From an uncultured Desulfurococcaceae archaeon (GTDB lineage: Archaea > Thermoproteota > Thermoprotei_A > Sulfolobales > NBVN01): 24,000 nucleotides of DNA. A model generated the notes under the pieces. That model was not told where the DNA came from. It searched no databases and was given only the letters and a program-made list of their open reading frames with translations. The stretch is from contig CAYOJG010000010.1 of NCBI GenBank assembly GCA_964404265.1, forward strand, positions 15,411 through 39,410. The letters run 5' to 3'. A program made the translations under genes and the position numbers. Positions 1 through 7,771 of the stretch are shown here, in pieces; position 1 is the stretch's first letter; every line of letters begins with the position of its first letter.

Positions 1-37
1 TTACTGCGTTGAGAAATAATAAGGATACAGTAAGGTG

Positions 38-43
38 TTATAT
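38..43 (+). promoter_or_regulatory. candidate TATA box for the DNA ligase gene
   Basis: TTATAT hexamer about 33-38 nt upstream of the ATG at 76. Archaeal TATA boxes are centred about 26 nt upstream of the TSS, so this implies a short leader. Confidence 0.3.
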
Positions 44-75
44 CCCTTGAAACAGAATATTTTCGGGTTCAGTTG

Positions 76-1869
76 ATGGAGCTGGGAATACTTGTAGAGG
101 CTTTCACTAAGCTGGAAACAATTACTAGCAGGATACAGATAACGGCGATCCTTGTCGACCTGTTTAAGAAGACGCCGCCCGAACTCATCGATAAGGTGGT
201 TTACCTCATTCAGGGGAAGCTTTGGCCTGACTGGAAAGGGCTGCCTGAGCTGGGTGTGGGTGAGAAGTTCCTGATTAAGGCAATAGCTAAATCAACCCAT
301 TCTAAGGAGGCTGAGGTCGAGGAACTCTATAAGAAGATGGGTGACTTGGGTAAGGTTGCTGAAGCTCTTAAGGGTAAGGTGGCCTCAGCAGGAGGTGTGG
401 GTCTCGCGAAATTCTTGGGCGGAACCACCTCCCAGAAGAAGCTGACGGTTGATGAGGTCTACCGCACACTCACTAGAGTCGCTACCGCCACAGGTGAGGG
501 CAGCAGGGACGTGAAGATAAACCTTATCGCAGGCATTCTCTCAGAGGCATCACCTGTTGAGGCAAGGTATCTCGTGAGATTCATTGAGGGCCGTCTCAGG
601 CTGGGTGTAGGGGACGCCACCATAATGGATGCTTTAGCTATTGCTTACGCAGGTTCGCAGAGCTACAGACCTCTAGTGGAGAGGGCCTACAACATAAGGG
701 CTGATTTAGGGAATGTCGCCAAGGTCCTTGCAACTGAGGGACCTAAATCGCTTGAAAACATAGAGCCGGAGGTCGGCGTGCCGATAAGGCCGATGCTGGC
801 CGAGAGACTTAGCGATCCCCACGAAATCCTCGCTAAGGTCGGGGGTAAGGCCCTCGTCGAGTATAAGTATGATGGTGAGCGAGGACAGATCCATAAGAAG
901 GGAGACACAGTAATCATATTCTCTAGGCGTCTCGAGAACATAACGCATCAGTACCCCGACGTTGTGGAGATGGTGAAGGAACATATCAAGGCGAAGGAAG
1001 CCATAGTTGAGGGCGAGATAGTTCCCATAGATCCAGAGACTGGCGAGATGAGGCCTTTCCAGGAATTAATGCATAGGAAAAGGAAGCACGACATTCATGA
1101 AGCCGTTAAGGAATATCCTGTCGCGGTATATCTCTTCGACGTCCTCTACAGTGAGGGAGAGGATCTGACGCTTAAACCCATTACGAGAAGGAGGGATGTC
1201 CTTAAGGAAATAATTAAAGAGGGCGAGAGGTTCCAGATAGCTCAACACATATTCACCGACAGCGTTGAGGAGCTGGAGAAGTTCTTCCTCCAGGCCATAG
1301 AGAACGGTGCTGAGGGAGTCATGGTTAAGGCTGTTCACCAGGACGCGATATATCAGGCAGGGTCAAGGGGCTGGCTGTGGATTAAGTATAAGAGGGATTA
1401 TAAGAGCGAAATGACTGACACTGTCGATCTCGTAGTTGTCGGGGCTTTCGCAGGCAGAGGGAAGAGGGCAGGCCGCTACGGAACTCTCCTCCTTGCGGCC
1501 TACGATAAGGAAGCTGATCTCTTCAGAACTGTGTGTAAAGTCGGTACAGGATTCACGGACGAGGACCTTGAGAACATAACGAAGATGATTCAGCCACTCA
1601 TAATAGACCATAAGCACCCGAGGGTGGATTCACTCGTTACTCCACATGTGTGGCTCGTTCCCCAGCTAGTTGCGGAGATTATAGGGGCTGAACTCACTCT
1701 CTCCCCTCAACACACCTGCTGTAAGGACGCGGTCAGGAAAGGGGTCGGTATATCGATAAGATTCCCTAGATTCATTAGGTGGAGGGATGATAAGGGACCT
1801 GAGGACGCGACAACTACAGAGGAGCTTCTTGAGATGTATAGGAAACAGCTGAAGAAAGTTTCTGAGTAA
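76..1869 (+). CDS. lig: ATP-dependent DNA ligase (archaeal/eukaryotic Lig1 family)
   Basis: Adenylation motif [13 protein letters not shown] (KxDG). Also [16 protein letters not shown] and the C-terminal OB-fold segment [12 protein letters not shown]. Length of about 597 aa is typical. The ORF track starts at TTG 73, but the adjacent ATG at 76 is more likely. Confidence 0.95.
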   Translation: MELGILVEAFTKLETITSRIQITAILVDLFKKTPPELIDKVVYLIQGKLWPDWKGLPELGVGEKFLIKAIAKSTHSKEAEVEELYKKMGDLGKVAEALKGKVASAGGVGLAKFLGGTTSQKKLTVDEVYRTLTRVATATGEGSRDVKINLIAGILSEASPVEARYLVRFIEGRLRLGVGDATIMDALAIAYAGSQSYRPLVERAYNIRADLGNVAKVLATEGPKSLENIEPEVGVPIRPMLAERLSDPHEILAKVGGKALVEYKYDGERGQIHKKGDTVIIFSRRLENITHQYPDVVEMVKEHIKAKEAIVEGEIVPIDPETGEMRPFQELMHRKRKHDIHEAVKEYPVAVYLFDVLYSEGEDLTLKPITRRRDVLKEIIKEGERFQIAQHIFTDSVEELEKFFLQAIENGAEGVMVKAVHQDAIYQAGSRGWLWIKYKRDYKSEMTDTVDLVVVGAFAGRGKRAGRYGTLLLAAYDKEADLFRTVCKVGTGFTDEDLENITKMIQPLIIDHKHPRVDSLVTPHVWLVPQLVAEIIGAELTLSPQHTCCKDAVRKGVGISIRFPRFIRWRDDKGPEDATTTEELLEMYRKQLKKVSE

Positions 1870-1896
1870 TTAATTGTTTCGATTGCTCCCTATTCC

Positions 1897-2244
1897 TTAT
1901 TTCTTATAATAGATAATGGCTTCTGCACCTATTGTCTGTCCAGGAAGATTCCTCGTGAACACAGCTATAACGACATTATTCTTCCCTCTGGCATGCGGGC
2001 GAATAACTCTCCCGTGGTACTCATTTCCGTACTTATCCTTGACAAGTACCTTAGCACCCACTAAATTATCGACCCTCTTCTTGAAGGTCTCAATAACCTT
2101 GATAAGGACCTGGCCTGTGTACTGAGTGTTCGTACCTCTCCGGTATCCTAGGACTACACCTACTCCTGTCTCAATGGTTTTCACGGTGTCTTCCTTCTTC
2201 CTCTTTGTTTTCCTAGACTTCTTCCTTCCTCCTTTCTGCGCCAT
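1897..2244 (-). CDS. rpl35ae: 50S ribosomal protein L35Ae
   Basis: The core GVVLGYRRGTNTQ...LIKV...GAKVLVKDKYGNEYHGRVIRPHARGKNNVVIAVFTRNLPGQTIG matches the L35Ae family pattern. The ATG start gives a 25-aa Lys/Arg-rich N-terminal extension. An in-frame GTG at 2184 would give a more typical length. Confidence 0.85.
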   Translation of the reverse strand: MAQKGGRKKSRKTKRKKEDTVKTIETGVGVVLGYRRGTNTQYTGQVLIKVIETFKKRVDNLVGAKVLVKDKYGNEYHGRVIRPHARGKNNVVIAVFTRNLPGQTIGAEAIIYYKK

Positions 2245-2274
2245 AGTTCATCCCTATCAACACTTATTCATTCC

Positions 2275-2283
2275 CTTTATAAG
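2275..2283. promoter_or_regulatory. near-palindromic TATA-like element (CTTTATAAG) in the divergent rpl35ae / Mut7-C intergenic region
   Basis: It is the only strongly AT-rich TATA-like element in the 95-nt divergent spacer. It lies about 35 nt upstream of the rpl35ae ATG (2244, minus strand). A second AT-rich box, ACATTAATTAC (2296-2306), and a GGAGG at 2333-2337 precede the plus-strand gene. Confidence 0.3.
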
Positions 2284-2339
2284 CTTCCCAGCCACACATT
2301 AATTACTTGGGCGCAATGTATCCATAGGCGTGTGGAGGA

Positions 2340-2855
2340 ATGAGGTTCATAGTTGACTCAATGCTTGGGGATATAGCCCGCTGGCTCAGGATGCTGGGTT
2401 ATGACACGCTTTACTCAAGGAATTATGAGGACTGGAAGATCCTGCAGCTCGCTGAGAAGGATGACCGTATAATAGTGACTAGGGATCACGGCCTATTCGT
2501 GAGGGCTAGGAAGAGGGGTCTGAGGGCTGTCCTGCTGGATCCGGGTGACGTGAAGGAGGCCTTGACCGAGATTGCCTACAGAACAGGTATTGAGCTGAGG
2601 TTCGACCCCAATAAGACTCTATGTCCGCACTGCAACGTGAGGCTTGTGAGAATAACTAGGGCTGAGGCATTAAGCTTCCTTCCCGCCGAGGTTGTTTCGG
2701 CTTATGACAGGTTCTGGAAGTGCCCTAAATGTGGACGTATCTATTGGCAGGGGAGCCACTGGAGAACGATAAACGAAATATTGGCCCAAGCCAATGAACT
2801 ACTTGAACGCAGGAGGAGAGTGAGGAGGGGTGTTAGGAAAGCAGGTGGATCCTGA
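2340..2855 (+). CDS. Mut7-C/DUF82 family protein (PIN-like nuclease fold plus C-terminal zinc ribbon)
   Basis: The N-terminus MRFIVDSMLGDIARWLRMLGYDT...IIVTRD is characteristic of the Mut7-C RNase domain. The C-terminal CPHC...(x29)...CPKC forms a zinc ribbon. Confidence 0.75.
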   Translation: MRFIVDSMLGDIARWLRMLGYDTLYSRNYEDWKILQLAEKDDRIIVTRDHGLFVRARKRGLRAVLLDPGDVKEALTEIAYRTGIELRFDPNKTLCPHCNVRLVRITRAEALSFLPAEVVSAYDRFWKCPKCGRIYWQGSHWRTINEILAQANELLERRRRVRRGVRKAGGS

Positions 2856-3495
2856 CGAAATCACTCTTGAGGAGGGTGCTGAGCTCGTCCGCCTGGCAAG
2901 ATCTGCTGTAGAGAAATACCTCAGTGAAGGGAAGGAGGTTTCCCCTCCGGCTGATAGGGACAAGTTTCGTAGACCTGGAGCCTCATTCGTAACCATTATG
3001 AGTGTCTCGAACGGCCGTGAAGAGCTGAGGGGGTGTATAGGGTATACTAGGGCGTTCGAGCCTCTACATGTGAATGTCGTTCACGCAGCCATAGCTGCAG
3101 CGACACAAGACCCTAGGTTCCCTCCCTTAAGCCTCTCTGAGCTTGAGAGGGTTGTTTTCGAGGTTTCAATACTTTCTAAGCCCGAGCTTCTGGAAGGTGT
3201 CGGGAGAGATCTCTTCGGGCAAATAGTTATTGGGAGGGACGGCCTAATAGTTGAGTCAGGTTACTACACAGGGCTACTGCTTCCTGAGGTCCCTGTCGAG
3301 TACTGCTGGGATAAGGAGACTTTCCTCTCCGAGACATGCCTCAAGGCCTACCTCCCTCCGGACTGCTGGATGGAGAGGGATGTGCATGTCTACCGCTTCA
3401 GGACGAAGGCGTTTAAGGAGGAGAAACCGAAGGGTAAAGTGTTCGAGAGGGATCTACACAAGGAATATGTTGAGAGATGCTCCAAGAAAGCTTAA
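2830..3495 (+). CDS. AMMECR1 domain protein
   Basis: RGCIGY motif, DPRFPPL, and GLLLPEVP...W...FL segments typical of the AMMECR1 family. GTG start at 2830 (or GTG at 2845) overlaps the upstream gene end at 2855. Confidence 0.85.
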   Translation: MLGKQVDPDEITLEEGAELVRLARSAVEKYLSEGKEVSPPADRDKFRRPGASFVTIMSVSNGREELRGCIGYTRAFEPLHVNVVHAAIAAATQDPRFPPLSLSELERVVFEVSILSKPELLEGVGRDLFGQIVIGRDGLIVESGYYTGLLLPEVPVEYCWDKETFLSETCLKAYLPPDCWMERDVHVYRFRTKAFKEEKPKGKVFERDLHKEYVERCSKKA

Positions 3496-3524
3496 AGCCC
3501 TCACCCAGGTTACCTATATCTTAG

Positions 3525-4166
3525 GTGGAAGCTGTTAAGGTCAGATTAATAGCTTGGACTTCTGGAGGGGTGGATGACCCTAGGAAGGTCATTATCCTCG
3601 CGATAAAGACTTCCGCGGGTAAGGTGAAGGAGAAGGGTGTTGATTACTATCTGAGGGACTACCCTGAGGAGAAGATACCTGGGTGGTTAATTGAGGCATT
3701 AAAGTTTCCATCAGTCCTTGAACACGTCTCATTCACTTTCATGATTGAAGGTATTTCACGGGTGGCTTCCCATCAGCTCGTCAGGCACAGGATGGCTTCA
3801 TACACGCAGGAGTCTCAGAGGTACTCCGCTGCTGAGAGGAGTTACGTAGTCCCTGAGACGGTTAAGGGGTCTGAGCATGGGGAAAGGTTTGAGAAACTCG
3901 TTAAGTCAAGCTACGACCTATACGACGAGATGGTGGCTTCAGGAATCCCTTACGAGGACGCGAGATTCATTCTCCCTCAAGCGGTCCAGACAAGGATACT
4001 TATGACGCTTAACCTCAGGGAGCTAATCCATATCGTGTGTCTCCGGAAATCACCTCATGCACAGTGGGAGATTAGGGAAATGGTTTCCCGCATGGTTAAT
4101 GAGGCAACTAAGGTGATTCCGGAGCTACCTAAAATGATTGAGGAGGGTTGTAGGAGGGGGATTTAA
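3525..4166 (+). CDS. thyX: flavin-dependent thymidylate synthase ThyX
   Basis: ThyX signature RHRMASYTQESQRY (RHRxxSxxxxSxRY). About 213 aa with a GTG start. Confidence 0.9.
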   Translation: MEAVKVRLIAWTSGGVDDPRKVIILAIKTSAGKVKEKGVDYYLRDYPEEKIPGWLIEALKFPSVLEHVSFTFMIEGISRVASHQLVRHRMASYTQESQRYSAAERSYVVPETVKGSEHGERFEKLVKSSYDLYDEMVASGIPYEDARFILPQAVQTRILMTLNLRELIHIVCLRKSPHAQWEIREMVSRMVNEATKVIPELPKMIEEGCRRGI

Positions 4167-4700
4167 ATGATTCTGTCCGATTTCGACCTAACTTCATACA
4201 TAAGGTCAGGTAGACTAGTTATTGAGCCGCTCTCGGAAGAGATAATTAGGGAGAACGGGATTGATCTGAGGCTAGGTAATCAGATAGCTAGGCTTAGAGA
4301 CACTGATGAAGTCCTGGACACGCGGAACCCGGAAGCGGATCTAAGTAGCTTTTATGTTATTGAGGAGGGTGAGACCTTCATTATTAACCCGCGGGAAAAA
4401 GTGCTTCTTACATCACTAGAGTACATTAAGCTCCCGAATGACTTGATGGCTTTCGTTGAGTTAAGGAGTTCCTTCGCCCGGCTAGGTCTCCTAATGCCTC
4501 CCACCATAATTGATGCTGGCTTCGAAGGCACGGTCACTTTAGAGATTCAGGGCTCCTCATTCCCTATTAAGCTGTACAGAGGGCAAAGATTCGCGCACGT
4601 AATATTTTCCAAAACCCTTAACCCAGTGTCCAAGCCCTATAAAGGGAAGTATCAGGGGCAGCAGGGCGTCACACTGCCCAAGCTTTCAGGAATGAAGTAG
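4167..4700 (+). CDS. dcd: dCTP deaminase (possibly bifunctional dCTP deaminase/dUTPase)
   Basis: N-terminus MILSD..L...I..G.L.I.P and GIDLRLGN, with a dUTPase-fold C-terminal half ([13 protein letters not shown]). The ATG follows the thyX stop directly, and a GGAGGGGG Shine-Dalgarno-like run lies at 4153-4160. Confidence 0.9.
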   Translation: MILSDFDLTSYIRSGRLVIEPLSEEIIRENGIDLRLGNQIARLRDTDEVLDTRNPEADLSSFYVIEEGETFIINPREKVLLTSLEYIKLPNDLMAFVELRSSFARLGLLMPPTIIDAGFEGTVTLEIQGSSFPIKLYRGQRFAHVIFSKTLNPVSKPYKGKYQGQQGVTLPKLSGMK

Positions 4701-4761
4701 GTGCGTCAGGGGGCTCCTAAGTCTTCACTGCTCCGTGACCGCCACAGACATCATCCGCACC
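4700..4761 (-). ncRNA. C/D box sRNA (2'-O-methylation guide), double-guide architecture
   Basis: Minus strand reads GGUGCG-G-AUGAUGU(C box)-CUGUGGCGGUCA(12 nt)-CGGA(D')-GCA-GUGAAGA(C')-CUUAGGAGCCCC(12 nt)-CUGA(D box)-CGCACC. Both spacers are exactly 12 nt. The C and D boxes are 6/7 and 4/4 to consensus. A perfect 6-bp terminal stem is extendable by G-U and U-A pairs. Total length is 62 nt. It lies in the only sizeable GC-normal gap between convergent genes. Confidence 0.8.
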
Positions 4762-4770
4762 CAAATAATC

Positions 4771-5016
4771 CTACTCAAGAATTCTCTTTCTTGTTTTCTC
4801 TTCCTTTAACCTAAGCTCTTCCCGGAACTCCCCCTCAACCTTCTCAAAGGCCTTAGAGACCTCCTCAGGCTTAAGCTCCTCAAGCACCCTACGCAGGAAC
4901 TTTAGGGCGCATGCCTTACTGTGGAACGGGTATTCCTTCCCGCCGACGTTAAGCACTATTCCCTGACCCCTCGGAAACTTCTTCCCGCACACTATACATG
5001 TCAGCTTCTCCTTCAT
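4771..5016 (-). CDS. small TRASH/L24e-like zinc-ribbon protein with a charged C-terminal helix
   Basis: CIVCGKKFPRGQGIVLNVGGKEYPFHSKAC follows the TRASH/L24e pattern C-x2-C-x(20)-[C/H]-x3-C (compare the L24e pattern CxFCG..I.PG.G......FCS.KC). The C-terminal half is Glu/Lys-rich rather than the basic tail of true L24e. Confidence 0.6.
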   Translation of the reverse strand: MKEKLTCIVCGKKFPRGQGIVLNVGGKEYPFHSKACALKFLRRVLEELKPEEVSKAFEKVEGEFREELRLKEEKTRKRILE

Positions 5017-5083
5017 TTACTGAACCTCACACTTATTTGCCCCCAGAGTAATTTATCTGTTCAGAGCGGAGGTTCCGTATTCA

Positions 5084-7771
5084 ATGACCAGAGTGTTCGG
5101 TGACGACGGTAGTGGGGTATGGGAGCGGTTAGGGATTAAGCCATTCCTACACCAGATCATATCTCAGGAAGCTATCAGGGAAGGGAACCATGTAGTAGTT
5201 TCTGCGCCAACTGGGGCAGGGAAAACTGAAGCCGCAGTAGTTCCCATACTTGCCGAAATGGTGGAGATGGGTGGTGAGGCGGAACCTATTGTGGTTCTCT
5301 ACATCACGCCTCTACGCGCCTTAATCAATGACTTAACTAGGAGGCTTAGAGGCATTTTCGAGCCTTTCGGTTTCAGGGTGGCTAGGAAGCACGGAGATGT
5401 TTCCCTTAAGGAGCGGAGGGAAAGACTTCAGAACATTCCCCACATACTCATAACGACTCCGGAAAGCCTCGAAATAGATTTGGATATGTCGGTGAAGTTC
5501 AGGAAATACCTGAAGAATGTTAGGTGGGTGATTATTGACGAGCTCCATGAGATAGCGTCAACCAAGAGAGGTCTGCAGCTTGCCTTCCTTCTGGAGAGAC
5601 TGAGGAGGCAGGCCGGGGACTTCCAGGTACTGGCGCTCTCGGCCACGATGGATAACCCGCTTAAGGCTCTTCAACCGTTCCTCGGGTCATCCAAGAGGGA
5701 TGTTCGAGTTGTTTTCGGAGGGAGAAAGAAGTACTCGATAAGGGTGGTTAAGGCTGACGACCTTAAGGAAGGGCTGAGGAGTGTTCTGAGAGACGGGAAG
5801 AAAACCATAGTTTTCGTTAATTCCAGGAGGCTTGCGGAGAAGATTCACGAGTTCCTCGACGACGAGATTGATGCGGAGGTCCACCACTCTTCCGTCTCTG
5901 GAGAGATTAAGGAGCAGGTAGAGTCACGCCTAAAAAGTGGTGAGGTAAGCGTAGTCATCGCCACTAAGACACTTGAGTTAGGGATTGATGTCGGTGCTGT
6001 GGATCAGGTTATACATCTCGGCGCACCCATATCGGTAACATCACTTCTACAGAGGGCTGGTAGGGCTGGGCACTCCGTGGATAGGGTGAGTGAAGCCGTA
6101 ATAATCTCTGACAATGACGAGGACTACTACCTCTCGCTCGCAGCTAAGAATCTTGCGGAGAGAGGCGTCCTTGAGGAATTGAGCGGCATGCCCTGCTTCC
6201 TAGATGTTGTTGCTAGGGAGATTCTCGGTATGTCCCTTAAGACCAGCGGGGTGAGTGTTGAAGAGGCTGTGGATATACTAACGTCCGTCGATGCGTGTAG
6301 GGGGAGGGCTTCAGAAATCAGGGAGGTGATAAACCTGCTCTCCTCCCAGGGCCTTCTAAGGATAGGTGATGAGGGCCTTAAGATAGGTCCATACTTCTAC
6401 AGATTCTGGAGCAGGAAAGGTCCCGGGGGTGATGTTAGGAGATTCTTCACCCTAATCCCTAACACGGACGATAAATTCACGGTGAAGGTTGGCGACAAGA
6501 ATGTCGGTACGTTGGATGTGGCCTACGTGCTTAAGTATCTGCGTCCATGGGACAGTGTGAGGATAGGCGGGAGAATATGGAACATTGTGAACATTGATTT
6601 GGTGCATAAAACCATCATCGTTAAGCCTGCTGAGGGTGGGGGTGAGATACCTTCATGGGGAGGCAGCATGATCACCCACAGCTCCCTCCTCTCTAGAGAG
6701 CTTTTCGAGTGTCTTAGGAGGTGCTCCGAGTGCGAGATATGTAGCGACGGCCTCCACGAATGGTTCAAGGACTCTAGAATAGAGATCTCTCCCAATGTCC
6801 TATACCTGGAGAGGGGGGATGGCTCTACATTCATCTGGGGGGCTCAGGGACATAAATTCTTCGAGGTCCTTGGATACCTACTAGCGTATTCAGCACTCGT
6901 GATAGGGCACGGAATAGTTGGTGTTAGGGTGTCGCCGCTCGGTATTGAGGTCAGGGATTTCGAGAAGTTGTGGAGTGCTTTAAGGTCTTTAGGTGACGGG
7001 AGTGAGGTTATTGAGGAAGCAATCAAGCTCTCCCCGCAATACCATATGAAGCTGAGAGAATTACTCGTATCTTTCGGCACTATGAAGAACCCTATAGTTA
7101 TTAGGGAGGCTGTCCGTCAGGTCCTTATTGACTTGGGTCAGGAAACAGGTACTCTCGAAACGCTTCACAGATTCCTTAAAGGGGATATACCCATTATTGC
7201 TGTGAGGTCCCCAGTCCTATCCCCGATAGCCAGAATCATTTCATCCGCACCTCCGCTGAGGCCGTGGTATGGGGCAACACTCCACGTAATTGCGGAGGCC
7301 CTCCGTGGAATGGCTTTGACGGCTGAGGAGGTTTCTGAAGTTACTAACCTCCCTCCTGACTACGTTGAGAGGAAGCTTAAGCAGATGAGGAAGCTTAAGG
7401 GAAGCCTTAAGACTGTAGCCTTCTACGACACGTTCGACGGACAGGTTCGTTGGGTGCTGGCGGAGGAGCTTGAGGAGCTTGCTGATGACCTGCTTAAGGA
7501 CAGCTTCACCCCGGACTCCTGCCTGGATTTAATGGTTTCCGTCATGGTGGATAAGATCGATCCAGGGAAGTCGATTGTTGTAAGGCTTTTCACGGATGAC
7601 CTCAACGGACTTTTCCAGTCGATGGAGACCGACGAGTTCTATAAGGTTAAGGTGAAGCCCCTGTACGGAAGCTATAAAGGCCTGACCTATTACTACATAC
7701 CTAAGAAGATTCTTCCACTCATCATTAAGAACGCAGCCACTCAGATGGGTGCTATGGGACTATGCGAGTAG
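5084..7771 (+). CDS. lhr: Lhr-type superfamily 2 (DEAD/DEAH-like) ATP-dependent helicase
   Basis: Helicase motifs: Q FLHQ, I APTGAGKTEAA, Ia ITPLRALIND, Ib TTPESL, II DELH, III SAT, IV IVFVNSR, V ATKTLELGIDVG, VI QRAGRAGH. A roughly 560-aa C-terminal extension (winged-helix/domain-4-like) follows, as in archaeal Lhr of about 870-900 aa. Confidence 0.85.
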   Translation: MTRVFGDDGSGVWERLGIKPFLHQIISQEAIREGNHVVVSAPTGAGKTEAAVVPILAEMVEMGGEAEPIVVLYITPLRALINDLTRRLRGIFEPFGFRVARKHGDVSLKERRERLQNIPHILITTPESLEIDLDMSVKFRKYLKNVRWVIIDELHEIASTKRGLQLAFLLERLRRQAGDFQVLALSATMDNPLKALQPFLGSSKRDVRVVFGGRKKYSIRVVKADDLKEGLRSVLRDGKKTIVFVNSRRLAEKIHEFLDDEIDAEVHHSSVSGEIKEQVESRLKSGEVSVVIATKTLELGIDVGAVDQVIHLGAPISVTSLLQRAGRAGHSVDRVSEAVIISDNDEDYYLSLAAKNLAERGVLEELSGMPCFLDVVAREILGMSLKTSGVSVEEAVDILTSVDACRGRASEIREVINLLSSQGLLRIGDEGLKIGPYFYRFWSRKGPGGDVRRFFTLIPNTDDKFTVKVGDKNVGTLDVAYVLKYLRPWDSVRIGGRIWNIVNIDLVHKTIIVKPAEGGGEIPSWGGSMITHSSLLSRELFECLRRCSECEICSDGLHEWFKDSRIEISPNVLYLERGDGSTFIWGAQGHKFFEVLGYLLAYSALVIGHGIVGVRVSPLGIEVRDFEKLWSALRSLGDGSEVIEEAIKLSPQYHMKLRELLVSFGTMKNPIVIREAVRQVLIDLGQETGTLETLHRFLKGDIPIIAVRSPVLSPIARIISSAPPLRPWYGATLHVIAEALRGMALTAEEVSEVTNLPPDYVERKLKQMRKLKGSLKTVAFYDTFDGQVRWVLAEELEELADDLLKDSFTPDSCLDLMVSVMVDKIDPGKSIVVRLFTDDLNGLFQSMETDEFYKVKVKPLYGSYKGLTYYYIPKKILPLIIKNAATQMGAMGLCE

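Noticed and set aside
449-456. TTGATGAG C-box-like heptamer inside the DNA ligase gene
   Set aside because: It is preceded by U rather than a purine and has no D' or D box at the correct spacing. It is simply coding sequence (V-D-E).
3251-3538. 95-aa plus-strand alternative-frame ORF overlapping the AMMECR1 3' half and the thyX start
   Set aside because: Arg/Ser-rich out-of-frame translation of AMMECR1 coding sequence. There is no frameshift signal and no need for one, since both flanking genes are intact.
5020-5064. 6-nt inverted repeat CTGAAC...GTTCAG in the divergent promoter region between the zinc-ribbon gene and lhr
   Set aside because: Short arms separated by 33 nt are easily produced by chance. 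It could be an operator, but nothing else supports that.
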